This document shows positions 12,091 to 24,721 of a stretch of DNA of 64,000 nt, in pieces (position 1 is the first letter of the stretch; every line of letters starts with the position of its first letter). The translations under genes and the position numbers were made by a program. The notes under the pieces are model-generated. The model saw only the letters and a program-made list of their open reading frames with translations. It had not been told where the DNA came from and made no database searches. The stretch is from assembly GCA_964106915.2 (NCBI GenBank), contig OZ066915.1. One strand, 5' to 3'. Source of the DNA: Podarcis gaigeae. Lineage: Eukaryota.

Positions 12091-12170
12091 CTTCAGGTTA
12101 CAGACTCCACTAACCCAGAAACATTACCTCAGGTTAAGAACTTTGCTTCAGGATGAGAACAGAAATCGTG
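12091..12170 (+). mobile_element. MITE family A internal fragment
   Basis: CTTCAGGTTACAGACTCCACTAACCCAGAAA...GAGAACAGAAATCGTG; no TIRs. Confidence 0.85.
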
Positions 12171-12469
12171 TTAGAGTCATTCTATCTAGCCTGCTGCTCT
12201 GGGGACTTACCTGCCAGTTAATGCCTGTGTTGTTCATTGTATGTACAGTGGTACCTTGGGTTACATACGCTTCAGGTTACAGACTCTGCTAACCCAGAAA
12301 TATTACCTTGGGTTAAGAACTTTGCTTCAGGATGAGAACAGAAATCATGCAGCGGTGGCGCAGCGGCAGCAGGAGGCCCCATTAGCTAAAGTGGTGCTTC
12401 AGATTAAGAACAGTTTCAGGTTAAGAACAGACCTCCAGAATGAATTAAGTACTTAACCCAAGGTACCAC
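12168..12469 (+). repeat. About 300-bp local duplication of 13156-13457 (unique flank plus MITE A at 12246-12469)
   Basis: Near-identical sequence including about 78 bp of non-repetitive flank. Confidence 0.9.
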
Positions 12470-12860
12470 CTTTCCATTTTGCTGTACACAAGGCAGTTTA
12501 CAGCAACAAAACACACAACAAATAATGCACACCTTATAATAAATAATCTGATCCAATAAGAAAACGTAACTTTAAAATGGAACATGTTATCAAAAAAAGG
12601 AATATTCAATAATCTACTAGAATATAGTAGCACGCAATAAAATTAACTCTCAAAACACCAGCAAACATTAAACAGAAATTCACTCTTAACAATTACAATG
12701 AATAATTACCAAACTACGATCCGATAAAAGTAACTGCAAGACGCAGTGCATAAAATACTACCACACAAAACCATGTAAAAAGATCAAACTGAGAAACAAA
12801 GACACACAATTTATAAAAGTTTTTTTAAAAAACAAAAAAAACAAAAAACAAAAAAAACCC
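12470..12860 (-). mobile_element. LINE (L2-like) AT-rich 3' UTR fragment
   Basis: Minus strand ends TGTAAACTGCCTTGTG...GAAAGGTGGTA, resembling the L2-type terminal motif. Confidence 0.5.
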
Positions 12861-13020
12861 TAAACTCCTATTTTCCCTTCCTAGCTGCTTCTCCTTCTTA
12901 AAGTCATGGCCTGGGAGAAGCCAATTGCTCAGCTGGGCTTTATTGAGGGAAGTCAGGCTCTTTCTCCCTTCTTTGCACTTCCTCGCTGAGTAAGCTGACT
13001 TCTGCTGAATTATTTTAGAG

Positions 13021-13156
13021 CAGTGTTTCCCAAATTTGGGTTTCCAGCCGTTTTTGGACTACAACTCCCATCATCCCTAGCTAGCAGAACCAGTGGTCAG
13101 GGATGATAGAAACTGTAGTCCAAAAACAGCTGGAGATCAAAGTTTGGGACACACTG
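13021..13156. mobile_element. Palindromic hAT MITE (GGACTACAACTCCC family)
   Basis: TIR CAGTGTTTCCCAAA / TTTGGGACACACTG; 8-bp TSD TTTTAGAG / TGTTAGAG; the whole element folds back. Confidence 0.88.
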
Positions 13157-13233
13157 TGTTAGAGTCTTTCTATCTAGCCTGCTGCTCTGGGGACTTACCT
13201 GCCAGTTAATGCCTGTGTTGTTCATTGTATGTA

Positions 13234-13459
13234 CAGTGGTACCTTGGGTTACATACGCTTCAGGTTACAGACTCTGCTAACCCAGAAATATTACCTTGGG
13301 TTAAGAACTTTGCTTCAGGATGAGAACAGAAATCATGCAGCGGTGGCGCAGCGGCAGCAGGAGGCCCCATTAGCTAAAGTAGTGCTTCAGGTTAAGAACA
13401 GTTTCAGGTTAAGAACAAACCTCCAGAATGAATTAAGTTCTTAACCCGAGGTAGCACTG
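13234..13459 (+). mobile_element. Tc1/mariner-type MITE (family A)
   Basis: TIRs and TA TSD present. Confidence 0.9.
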
Positions 13460-14241
13460 TATATTGGCTCTGGACACCAATATTAGCAAAGGTTGCAATC
13501 CTGTTATACACTTACCCGGTGATGTCTCATTTATCTCAAGGGGACTTGCTTCTGATTAGACGAGCATTTGATTGCACTGTAAAACCACTGATACGAAGTC
13601 CTTCCCTAATCTACAGCCTGGTTTTATGCCTGTCTACTTGGAAATCCATCAATCTGAGGTCAGGATGACTTGCTACCACCAGGTAAATATGCAGAGGACT
13701 GCAGTCTTAGTTACTACTTTGCGATAGTTAAGGCTGTGGATGGATTTTTATAGTGTGCATTAAATTTTAAAGCCTTAGCCTCAATTAAGGTGTGTTTCTG
13801 TACATTTCATGGTGACAAGGACTTGTTTCGCAAGGACGGACCCTCAAATCACCATTCCGATGGGGTGAAGCAGGACGTGGAAGTGCCCCAAATTCGTAAT
13901 GTGTATATGCTACAAATATAATGTGCTTTTAAAAAACACGGTTTAAAACTTCTGTTAAATACCTATACCTGGTAGGAGCTGTGGAAATCCCTCTGAGGTT
14001 CCCTGCAATGTGTGCCTATATTTGGGTCCCAATTTGGCCTGCAATTACTTTTTCCCCAAGCCATGCCCACTTGCCCCACACCAGATGGCTGCCATTTGTG
14101 ACATCAGTTATGGGTCTGGTATAAGCACTGCTCAGCTAATCCTTGCACCAAGCACAAGTCTAGGTTTGTCTCCGTCTTTCTCCTTGCTGAGTTCTACAAG
14201 GGTGACACTGAGGCTAAGGAGGAGGGGGAAGCTGGCATTCA

Positions 14242-14617
14242 GGGACACAGGTAGCGCTGTGGTCTAAACCGCCGAGGCTCTTGGGCTTGCCGATTAGAAG
14301 GTCGGCAGTTCGAATCCGCACGACAGGGTGAGCTCCCATTGCTCTGTCCCAGCTCCTGCCAACCTAGCAGTATGAAAGCACATCAGCGCAAGTAGATAAA
14401 TAGGTACCACTGCGGCGAGAAGGTAAAGGCGTTTCTGTGCGCTCTGGCACTCATCATGGTCCTCCATGTGCCAGTGGTGGTTTAGTCACACTGGCCACAT
14501 GACCTGGAAAGCTGTCTGTGGACAAACACTTGCTCCCTCAGCCTGAAAAGTGAGATGAGCACCCATAGTCAAGTTTGACTGGACTTAACCGTCCAGGGGT
14601 CCTTTACCTTTTTACCT
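14242..14617 (+). mobile_element. Sauria (Squam1) SINE, full length
   Basis: GGGACACAGGTAGCGCTGTGGTCTAAACC head; (ACCTTT)n tail. Confidence 0.9.
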
Positions 14618-14985
14618 ACCCCTGGACTTGGATGTATTGTGAGAAAAATGGGAGCTGTCTGAGAGCAGACAGATTGGTGGGGCTGTGCACTGTGCCCCAT
14701 TTGTTCTAATAAGCCAGCCTGCCCTGGTGTAGTGCAGAGGGTCAGCCAGCCAGCCATACCTCCTTCTAGGGTATTCATGGGGGATATACACCCCAAACAA
14801 ACAGCATTCCATGAGCATGCTCAATCTTCACTGGCTTCTCTTGAAGTTTCCTTCTTCCTGAGGTTTGTGTCTGCTAAATATTTATTCTACTTTTGGGGGT
14901 TTATCCCAAGCCTGCCAATACCTCCCTCATATATATGTATGGCACCACTTTGGCCTCGTAAGGATTTGCACTTGGATAATGAGTT

Positions 14986-15079
14986 CGCTGGTTTAATGCT
15001 GCTGTGCTTTGTATTTTATTTATAATTAATTTCCAATCCGCTGGTTTAATGCTGCTGCGCTTTATTATATAATTAATTT
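14986..15079. repeat. Two-copy tandem repeat, about 53-bp period
   Basis: CGCTGGTTTAATGCTGCTG(T/C)GCTTT...ATAATTAATTT occurs twice. Confidence 0.85.
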
Positions 15080-16208
15080 TTAGCGCTTCTCGTTTTTTAT
15101 TTGCTATTTTCAATGTGCTTTCATTTTATTCCATTTTTCCTGTCAGTCACTTTGGAAACGTGCTCAAAAGGGGGGCCTCGGTCACAAAGCCAAGCGTACC
15201 ATTTCTGAGGTTTAGCAATTGCTGTGTTTAGCAATGAAGCTGTAGTCTTTGGCAGAGAGAAAGAAGGCAAATATGTCGCAAAAAGCCAGATCAGCAGGGC
15301 CAGACAAACACAGAGCAACATAAAAGGGACCCTGACTCCTTGGCAAGCAGGCCACCTAGAGAGCAACTCCTCCGGTCCAATAAATATTTATTGCTTGTAG
15401 CCATAGGCATTTGCAAATTAGAGAAGATTAGATGTGAGCTGGAGCAGGTTTTATAGGGCTCCCAGTCAATTGATGTTGGGAGCAAACAGGTTGCTGAAAA
15501 TCAAGAGAATAGCTGGCTGAGTCTTTTGCCTTTAGACCTGAAGGATTCACCAAGGGCTCCGGCAGCAAACTTGCGTAGGTACTGAAAGAAAGTTCTGCCC
15601 AACTCCGTACCTCTGTCTCCCATTCCAAAACGGCTGGTACAGTTGGAACTGATGCAATATGAGCATGCTTGCATTAAACATGTGTTGGAGGAAGCTGCAG
15701 CTGCCAACATGATAAATGTGCTTTAAAGTCTAGGTTCAGCACGATCCTGCTGACAGGAACACACTTCGGTGCCTATACATAATCATCCCAATTCTGACCC
15801 CCAACAGTCACAACCAGACACACTCTGCTCAACTCACTGATCAATTATTAGGGCTGCCACCTTATTTCTGTGGTGTTTTGCCACAGCTGCGGGACAGGCA
15901 AGCCAAATATCTCTCCATCTCTATCTGTTTAATGGTTGGAATTTTGAAATCCACAGGCGTCTTGCTGAAAAACTACTGTGCCAACCTTAACAGTTGTCCT
16001 TAACCATCTCCTTGCTGTGCCCACATTCCCCCCCCCCAATTGATCTATTGGTCTCTACGCCAACTTCTGCGATACTGTTGGTGAAGAGACTTTATAATCC
16101 CTGCCACTTTTCTGGTATTGCTCTTGTGCAAAAGCAAAATGGCCAACCCAGTTTCCTGGCTTGGCTTCTTGTTTAGAGCAAAATATTTACCCTGCACAGG
16201 TAGTCTCT

Positions 16209-16280
16209 ATAACTCAGTCGGCAGAGCATGGGACTTTTAATCTCAGGGTTGTAGACTTGAGCCCCACATTGGGCAAAAAA
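16209..16280 (+). mobile_element. tRNA-Lys-derived SINE head / decayed tRNA-like sequence
   Basis: AACTCAGTCGGCAGAGCATGGGACTTTTAATCTCAGGGTTGTAGACTTGAGCCCCACATTGGGC; acceptor stem and B box damaged. Confidence 0.7.
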
Positions 16281-17007
16281 TTAATTTGCTCATTGTTTCC
16301 TCTGCCTTTTCAGCTGATAAATGGTGCGATTAACATCTTTGACAGGAGAAAACATTTTAAGGGGAATTCTGGGAGTGTGGGCTAATCCACCAAGCTGACT
16401 GCAGAGGGTTCAAGATACAAGAGAGGAAGTCTCTAGAACCTAGAATGGGTTCTAGGTCAGGAATCCACTTGGCAGCCTGCCTCTTCAGAGAAAACTGTTT
16501 TCCCTAAAGGGAAACTGGTTGTGGTCTGTGACTTGAAGCCATAGCTTTGTACATTGCATAAAGAATCCTGGGGACCGTAGTTTGTTAAGGCTGCTGGGAA
16601 CTGTAGCGCTGTGATGGGTAAGCTTACCATTCCTTTGATGTGAGGGTAAATTGCAGCTTCCTGGATTCTCGGGGAGGAAACCATGTGCTTGAAATGTATG
16701 GTGTGCATGCTGGGAATGTCTTATTTCCCACCTTCCTGGGATATGGAAGGAGATCAAGACAGTCTTCTAAGGATACCATTTAAAGTGTGGTTCTCTCTTC
16801 CTCTTACCAAGCTGAGTTGTTGCCTTTGCCTTTCAGTCGGTCAGCTAGTCTTGCTAGGGGACCACCTTACTGGAAACAGAATAAGCAACTCCCCACCCCA
16901 AGACCACTGGCACCTCCATGACTGCCACGGCTGTTACAGCAGCAGTCTCCATATAAGACGACTACCAATTCCTCTTTCACTCTTGTTTTGGGAGTGGTGG
17001 TGGAGAC

Positions 17008-17191
17008 CATAGGAGCCAACTCCTGGAGGCTGAGGTCCCTTTGACCTCCCCCCCCAATAAAATATGGGGGGGTGGGCTCCCCCAAAGTGATGGGCATCAA
17101 ATGGTGTGTGCACACCGTATCATGTGATCAATTATGCCGGGTGGGGCTTGCCTGCCCCCGCCCCAGTATTTTATTCAAGTTGGCACCCCTG
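17008..17191 (+). mobile_element. Non-autonomous DNA element (short MITE)
   Basis: Imperfect TIR CATAGGAGCCAACT / AGTTGGCACCCCTG; relatives at 507-625 and about 40790-41024. Confidence 0.6.
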
Positions 17192-17389
17192 GTGAAGATG
17201 GGTGGCCTACTGCATTGTTTCTCAACTGGTAGCTATTTTGTTTGTAAACAGGACATGTTCCATTTATAATTTTTATAATCATATAAATTATATAATTTCA
17301 CCTGTAGCCCTCTTGGAATATCCGGGGGGGGGGGTAGGGGACCATATAGCCCCCTTTATGAGAAACACTGGTCTGCTGGAAGGAAGTTG

Positions 17390-18860
17390 ACCGAGCCCCG
17401 CGGGTGGAGTGGCGATACCTCTCGTTCCTGAGCACGCCCTTCCTCCGAGTCTCTTCTTCCCTAGGGAGACCCCTGGATCAGGGCCGTGTGAACGCGTTTT
17501 GAAAGCCACACGCTGCATCTACAAACCAAAGCGCACTCCCTTTACTGATTATTGCAGGAAATGGCAACGGGGGTCTCAGTCGCTGCCAGGGTATATCTTT
17601 TTAGGAAGGGGTTGGGAAGCATCTTAGGAGCTGAAATCCTGCCCCTCGTTTACGGGGAGCTTCACCTCCCCGCCCACTACCCATCTCCAACGAAAGCCTG
17701 ACGCCTCCTCGCCTCCGGCAAAGCCCCTAAAGGTGGACTCCGGCTTCCCACCGTTGCGCGTCGGAGGTGGCGCGCCTTTGCCCATTGATTGCCCGGGCTT
17801 GGGGGGAGTGGCCGCGGGTGGGCGACGACGAGAGCGCCTCCCCGGCTCGGCTGGCCACTTGGCACGTCGGAGGTGCAGCCGGCAGCCTTCTTGCGCCGCG
17901 TGAGCTGCATCTGCGCGCCAGCTTGCGAGCCGCTGCTGCCGCTGCTGCCGCCGCCGGCGCTTCCTTGGCACTCGCGTTTCCCTCGACGAGGGGCTAGTCC
18001 CGAAGCAGCCGCCAGCCAGCCGCCGCCGCCAAGCGCAGGTCTGGCGCCCCCTGCACTCGGAGCCGATCTCCGCTCTGCTTGCAAGAAGTCGTTGGCTTTC
18101 CTTTTTTACCGGCGATCTGCATATATATATATATCTATTATACATGCACACACATGCAAGCAAGCGGGAGCGTGCGTCGAGGGCGAGGGAAGAATTCGCA
18201 GAAAGACGCCGAAATTGTGAGTGCTTCGCTTTGGGAAAGCGGTGGAGGGGGTGGGGATTGCCGGTGCGCGGCCGGGGGAAGAAGTCTTCGGAGGAAAGGC
18301 TACAGGTGAAAACTTGGATGGAAGGGGAAACCCTCGAAGGCTGTCCGGATAAGCTGTCAAGGGAGCTCCCGGACAACTTGCAGGCTGCAGCTGGGGGGGG
18401 GGGCAGCGCTTGGAGATCCTGGGGTTGCTCGTCTCCTCCTCCTCAGTGGGATTTGAGGTGGCAGCTAGCTTTGCTTGGGGACCTTGGGCTTCAGACGTGG
18501 GCGAACCCCGAGAGGCATCCATTTCCTCGAACTCCGTGGGCATAGTTTCTGGGTCAGGGATCCGGCTTGCGATTGTAGGCGCCTTCTGCTCGGGAGCAAG
18601 CAAACCCAGTAAATAGGTACAGGATTCACTTGCGTGCTTCTTTCTCTCTGCCTGAGAATCCAGTGCAGAATCCTCAGCAGCAACCTTGGGGTGGGCTCCT
18701 GCTGTCTGTCTGTTTTCTGAAGACTCCACAGAGGAAGGAAATCCCTTCCCTGCGAACATCTGCCTTAAAAGTCCGTGGAGATTTTGCTGTGGTACCTAAA
18801 TCGGCATTTCTGACACTTGATCCGCGGAACAATGAAAGCGGCTCTTTCAAATCTAAATTT
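17390..18860. promoter_or_regulatory. SSTR2: CpG island / SSTR2 upstream promoter
   Basis: Sharp rise in GC and CpG density about 6-7 kb upstream of the SSTR2 CDS; GC boxes and (GCC/GCT)n runs; same layout as mammalian SSTR2. Confidence 0.8.
17880..18216 (+). other. SSTR2: Inferred SSTR2 non-coding exon 1 (5' boundary approximate)
   Basis: Donor ATT|GTGAGT at 18217 within the CpG island; acceptor TTTCTTCCTTCTTTGGGTTCCAG|ATCC at 24627, 94 nt before the ATG, like the mammalian two-exon structure. Confidence 0.6.
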
Positions 18861-19580
18861 TATTTCTAGGATTGTGTCACCCACTACCTCCTCCTTCAGC
18901 ACGTTGTCTTCTCCATCTGCTTCCCAACCCACTTCCATCTTTCCCAGTTTCACCCCCTGCAGCGAGGTTGTGCAGCGAGCCAGAAAACCCGTAGTTCAAA
19001 TTCTGCCTCTGAGTGATCAGAGGTTAAAGCTGGCTGGATCTCTGCCTTACTCTCTCATGTGCAGTGGAGGGGATATGGAGCAATCTTGCAGGGTTGTTGT
19101 ATTGGTGTAATATTATGTAGAGCATTCTGAACACCCTGAATGTCTCCCGGGTCCATAATTCTCTCCCTGCATCGTATTAGCTCCACAGAGAGGGTGTGAG
19201 TGTCACAGGGACAGCTAGCGTAGTGGTTAGGGTGTCAAACTAGGACAGAGTGTGGGACCCTGTCTACTCAGAAGCAGCTCCTTCTGAATTCGATAGGGTT
19301 TACTCCCAGGTTAAATGGAGTCAGGATTGCACCTTCTGCCAGTCACTAGGTTTCAGCCTAGCCTACCTCACAGGGCTGTTGTGATGATAAATTGGCATGG
19401 CAGGGGATGGGTAGCAAGTACATCCCCATAGGTTTTTGAAGGAAAACTGATATATAGATTTAACCATTAAAAAATAATAATGTTTAAGAGTTGTCTCCAA
19501 TGCTGGTCCTACTCAGAACAGAACCATTGAAATGAACAGATGTTAGCCATGTCCATTAACTTCAATAGGTCTGTTCTGAG

Positions 19581-19931
19581 TAAGGTAAAGGTACAGGGAC
19601 CCCTGACCATTAGGTCCAGTCATGGCTGACTCTGGGGTTGCGGCGCTCATCTCACTTTATTGGCCGAGGGAGCCGGCGTACAGCTTCCGGGTCATGTGGC
19701 CAGCATGACTAAACCGCTTCTGGCGAACCAGAGCAGTGCACGGAAACGCTGTTTACCTTCCTGCCGGAGTGGTACCTATTTATCTACTTGCACTTTGACG
19801 TGCTTTTGAACTGCTAGGTTGGCAGGAGCAGGGACCGAGCAACGGTAGCTTACCCCCGTTGCGGGGATTCGAACCACCGACCTTCTGATCGGCAAGCCCT
19901 AGGCTCTGTGGTTTAACCCACAACACCATCC
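19581..19931 (-). mobile_element. Sauria (Squam1) SINE in SSTR2 intron
   Basis: Reverse complement of the Sauria consensus including the tail. Confidence 0.9.
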
Positions 19932-19973
19932 TTAATATTAATCCATAATCTTCACTTCAATAATCCAAGTTAT

Positions 19974-20033
19974 TGCAGGGATTGAATCTGCAACTTTGGT
20001 GTTAGAAGCGCCACTCTCTAACCAACTGAGCTA
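19974..20033 (-). mobile_element. tRNA-Ile-derived SINE head (decayed)
   Basis: Minus strand TAGCTCAGTTGGTTAGAGAGTGGCGCTTCTAACACCAAAGTTGCAGATTCAATCCC resembles tRNA-Ile. Confidence 0.65.
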
Positions 20034-20559
20034 TTCATCCATTCCTTGGTTGTCTCTCTTCTGCCAGCTCCCGGAGCTGCCTACTGACTCTGCTGAGAAC
20101 AGAAGGAATTATGTGTGTAACTGGAGGCAGAGAACAGCCTCGTTCCTGCAAAAGACCAAGTGACCCTCCCACGCTTACCCTCCCCACCTCAGCATCCTCC
20201 TGCCTGCACCATTATTTTATTTTCCTCTTTCAACATTTAATTTCATGAGGTCCACCAAAGAAATGAAAGGAGGGGGAAATTGGGGGCTTCCACACTAGGA
20301 GGGCTGGTTTGGACTGGTAGCTTCTCCTCTAATTAAGACCTCAAACTCCAACCGGTAACAGCAGCTCAACCGTGGAGCTCACAGTAAACATAAAGGAAAG
20401 AGAGGGATGAATAAGATGCTAGGGTTTCAATAGTGTATGCAGGCTTAGGAAATCTGGCGTGAGACATGGCAGTTCAGAGGAACTGTTGAAGTTGCAAGAG
20501 GGGGAATGACGTTCAAATGAAGGTGGAAAGAAATCAAAGGAAACCAATTTGTTGTTGAG

Positions 20560-20561
<2 letters not shown>

Positions 20562-20594
<33 letters not shown>

Positions 20595-20600
20595 CACACA
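20562..20600. repeat. (TC)n(CA)n microsatellite
   Basis: Seen directly. Confidence 0.9.
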
Positions 20601-21626
20601 CCCACACCCCACTTCCCAGACTTAACACTGTGTGGTTTGGAATGACATTTCCTGCAATCTGCGGCAGACCGCGATAGCTTGTGGTTTATGTGTAAGGGCA
20701 AACAACTGTATTCAATAAGCAAAAGGCACAGATTCAGATATGATTGTTTGACCATCATCCACCAGGAGTATGTCTGAGCTGGGACCTAAAAGCTTTAGGT
20801 TATGCTATAACACTGAGTTCATCACACTTGAGGCTGTTTATTTCAGTGAGCTTCAATGTGTTTAAGTCCATTGGATTGTGTCCCTAAGGGACTGGCTGTT
20901 CATTGATGAGCCGAAAGGGGGTGGAAAGAAACAAATCAAAGAGGAAACAATTGACTTCAGCATATCCAGTTATATTCTGAGCTCCAATAAAGAGATGGTC
21001 CAGATCTCTGAAGACTGCACAGTTAAATATTTATATATAACGGCTGTATATTTTTTAAACCACAACAATGGAGTGTGTGGGATAACTGGAAAATTAGGGT
21101 AGTCAGATCCTCCCCCAAAATTGCTTCCGTCCCTTTCAATAGTTTTGTAGAAGATGGAATTTCCTACACCTGCTGACATTTATTCCTTTATGCAGATGAG
21201 TGCTCTGGTCATCCCTCCTCAAAATCATCTAGGATAATTAGAAGTGCTGAGAGTTTCTAAAATGCTTCCTTTAATTAAAAGGAATTGGGCAATTAAACTG
21301 GGCAATTGAAAACATGTCTGCTCAGAAGTAAGCCCCATTGAGTTCAGTGGGCTTATACCCAAGGTGTGTGTGGTTTTATTTTTTAATGTGTGGGATTGCA
21401 TCCTAAACGGGTTAGTACTTTCTGTATAAAACAGGGGCAGCAAAAGGTGATATCTGCTCCTCAACTATAGAACACAAAGATTTGAACTACAGTAATGTTG
21501 TCCAGTGTGGTGGTACCCAGTGAAATTTTTTTGTAGGGGAGCAGTTAAGGCCAGAGGTACCGGCTTGTGAGGGCAATGGGTGGTGGTGGTGGTGGGGTGG
21601 GAATGTTGTGACGTCTCACCCATGAG

Positions 21627-22320
21627 TGTCATGCTTCCCACCCTAAGCCAGGCAAAAGCTTCCTGAGCTTTGGGAAGGAGGTATCAAGCCTCTGACAAGA
21701 TGCTGGAGCCCTCCTGTCTTCTTCCCAAAGCTGGGCAGGAATTGGGAAGGTGGAGGGAGGGCTCTTGGACCCCATAAGTCAGGTGTCAGGGAATCTGATT
21801 CCCCCCTCCCACGGCAGGCTGCCAGGGATAGATAGACAAGAAAAGCTCTTACCAAGTCTTTTATTCAATATTCACAGAGAGAGGCTTAGAAATACTGCCT
21901 CTTGGAGTACGGTAATGCCATTGCTCCGAGTAATCTCCACCCCTTCTCCTCTTCTCAGTCGTCAACAGCACCGCCCACCTTACGGTGGCTGCTTAAGGCC
22001 ATTTGCCTCTTCGCTCTCTGCTCTACTACTTTCACTCCTCGCCGGGTTCTGGGAGAAGGGGGTCTGGAATGTTTTCTAGTGATAATGTTGCAGCCTGCTT
22101 CTCCCTCCTCCTCTTCCCCCATGATTTCCCAGCTTTGCCCCTCTTCTATCTCTGGGCCATGAGTTGTGACCTTCTGCAAACCCCTGTTGTGAATCTATGC
22201 TGTCTTCCTCTTCTCTGGAAGGGGGATGAGGATGTGGAGGTAGTTGCCATCATCGGGCCTCCCTCCCTAAGCTGCACAGAATCTACTGGGCTTTGGGAAG
22301 GAGGCGCCAGCCTTTAATAC
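21627..22320 (-). mobile_element. Possible solo LTR in SSTR2 intron
   Basis: Compositionally distinct block starting TGTCA, with minus-strand AATAAA at about 21859-21864 and GA-rich tracts; no clear TSD. Confidence 0.3.
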
Positions 22321-23311
22321 TTCAATTCTCTATTTTACCGGGAACATTTAGGGGACTAGCTTAATCCCCTCTAGTCCACTGTAACTGTAAACCGCTAGTC
22401 CAGTGTAACTAAGACGCGGATGGGAGAAGAACTACATTTGACAGTGCAATCCTAGGCATGTCTAATCAGAAATAAATAACACTGAGTTCAGTGGGTGCAC
22501 AATTGCAACCTGCATCGTGTTTTAGTCACCATTTGCGGTCTGCTCCAGCGAATGGCCACTTGCATGCATATGCAGTACAGGTGCACATAAAATCACACAC
22601 AACTTTGAGGAATAAAATATGAGGATGTGCATTTTTATTTTAGTTTTTAAACGCAGTGGAGAAGAGTTTGTGGGAGAAAGGGCAATATTCAGATCCCGTG
22701 GCTCGGCTGAGGAACGTAGAGTTGGAAGTAGTGGCTCTGATAAAGTTTTGTTGGTGTAGCTGAATATTACTACCTCCCCTTCATTTCCCTTCTTTGGGCA
22801 GTTCTGCCTCAGCATAATTTCTATCTCATGCCATGCAAGAGGGCAGGAGGGGACAGGAATGCTCTGCCCCTCCCCGTATTGATCAGAGTGGTGCTCTCAA
22901 CCTTGCACACCATTGTTGCAATGTTGCAATGCTGGCAGTGTGTGTTGGGGAGGTCTAGGTTCAAATTCCACCTAAGCTATATATTTACTTAGTGGCCTTG
23001 CACATGCTGCAGTCACTTAGTATCTCCCAACACCCCCACGATCTACCAAATGGAAAGTATCCGAGAGCCGATGTGTTGTATTAGCGAGAGAGTGAGGCTT
23101 GGATTGGGGAGACCCACTGAGCCAGGAATATCACTGAGTGGTCTTTGGCCAGTCACTTTCAACCTAAGCTACCCCAAGGGATCGTTACGACAATTTAGAA
23201 AAAGAAAAGCCAAGCAGAACAACTCCACATATACCACATCAAGCATACAGTTCCTGGAGGAAGAGCTCGCTATAAATGTGATTAATAATAATATTGGCCT
23301 ACCTTACAGGA

Positions 23312-23669
23312 AGGGACGCGGGTGGCGCTGTGGGTTAAACCACAGAGCCTAGGGCTTGCCAATCAGGGTTTGTCGGTGGTTTGAATCCCCATGACGGGGT
23401 GAGCTCCCGTTGCTCGGTCCCTGCTCCTGCCAACCTAGCAGTTCAAAAGCACATCAGAGTGCAAGTAGATAAATAGGTACCGCTCTGGCAGGAAGGTAAA
23501 CGGCGTTTCTGTGTGCTGCTCTGGTTCGTTAGAAGTGGCTTAGCCATTCTGGCCACATGACCTGGAAGCTGTACGCCGGCTCCCTCGGCCAGTAAAGTGA
23601 GATGAGCGCGCCACCTCAGAGTCATCCGCAACTGGACGTAACGGTCAGGGGTCCCTTTACCTTTTACCT
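23312..23669 (+). mobile_element. Sauria (Squam1) SINE, full length
   Basis: GGGACGCGGGTGGCGCTGTGGGTTAAACC head, (ACCTTT)n tail, 12-bp TSD TACCTTACAGGA at 23300-23311 and 23670-23681. Confidence 0.93.
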
Positions 23670-24721
23670 TACCTTACAGGACTGCTGCAAAGATGACTGG
23701 GATACTGTGTGTGAAATGTTTGGAATACACATAAAGCACTATAGGAGATGTTAAGTGATGGTGTGGTTAAAGACTGTGGAGGACTGGGGCCCCTTGGCTG
23801 CGTCGTAGGAACATAGGCAGCTTGGATATTGTGTCAGATCATTGATCCAGATACCTCGATGTTGTCCACACTAACAGCAAGCAGCTCTCCAGAGTTTTGG
23901 TCAGGAGTCTCTTAAGGCCAACTCAGTGGGCCACATTATCTACTTGAACCTAAGCTAGGTATTGTTTTTCAGTCTGCATGAGCAGTCACAGGACACAGCT
24001 ATTAGTCTCTTGGCTAGTCATTAAGACAAGAGTGATTAACACAGGGAAAGAGCAACCCATGTATTGCCCTGTGACATCTCCTGTACCCCTGACACTTTCA
24101 TTCTCTCCCAGTCAGTGTACATTGGAAGAGATGGATCGTTAACACCCCACCAGCATTTGAAATTTGCCAGGCACCAGGCGCATTTTGCACCTGGCCATAT
24201 CTGATCAAGTGCAGATGCCTAGGTACCTAATATCTCCACCATCTTGAGGTGCCTGCCTGGGGATTGTTGGATCTTGTCTGTTTTTAAACTCTAACAACAC
24301 ATCCTGCAGAATTCTACCCGTGATACTTTATCTGTGCAATCGGAACCAAAAGTCATATTGAAAAATGTGACTTTTGGGTCCCCAAATGGCAACTAGACAT
24401 TCTGTTTTGGTGGTTTAAGGTGTCATTTGGCACCTAGCTTATATATCTGAATTTTCTAACACTGCACCCCACCCACAGTGGCACTTCTGTTCAAAAGAAA
24501 GCCCAAGAGCCTTTGGGAAAGGTAGCAGCCGATGAGTCTGCTCTGTCTCTGATAACAGAAAATTGGTCTGATGCAGTAAGCCATATGAAGTTGGTATAAC
24601 AGCGTTTCTTCCTTCTTTGGGTTCCAGATCCTCCCACATTGCCTTGGACCACCCTGACCCAATCAACATGAGAGGGTTTCTTGCCTGAAGAGTACCCTTT
24701 GCCCGTGACAACAGCTCCACC

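Noticed and set aside
1-17300. Exons of SLC39A11, expected upstream by mammalian synteny
   Set aside because: No ZIP-transporter-like translation or second CpG island found; the gene probably lies outside the window.
17624-18759. Long ORFs (250, 217, 143 aa) across the SSTR2 CpG island
   Set aside because: Low-complexity Arg/Gly/Ala/Pro content on several frames and both strands, as expected from stop-poor GC-rich DNA; no recognisable domain.
18893-18915. REST/RE1 site near the SSTR2 promoter
   Set aside because: Only the left half-site TTCAGCAC is present; no GGACAG right half.
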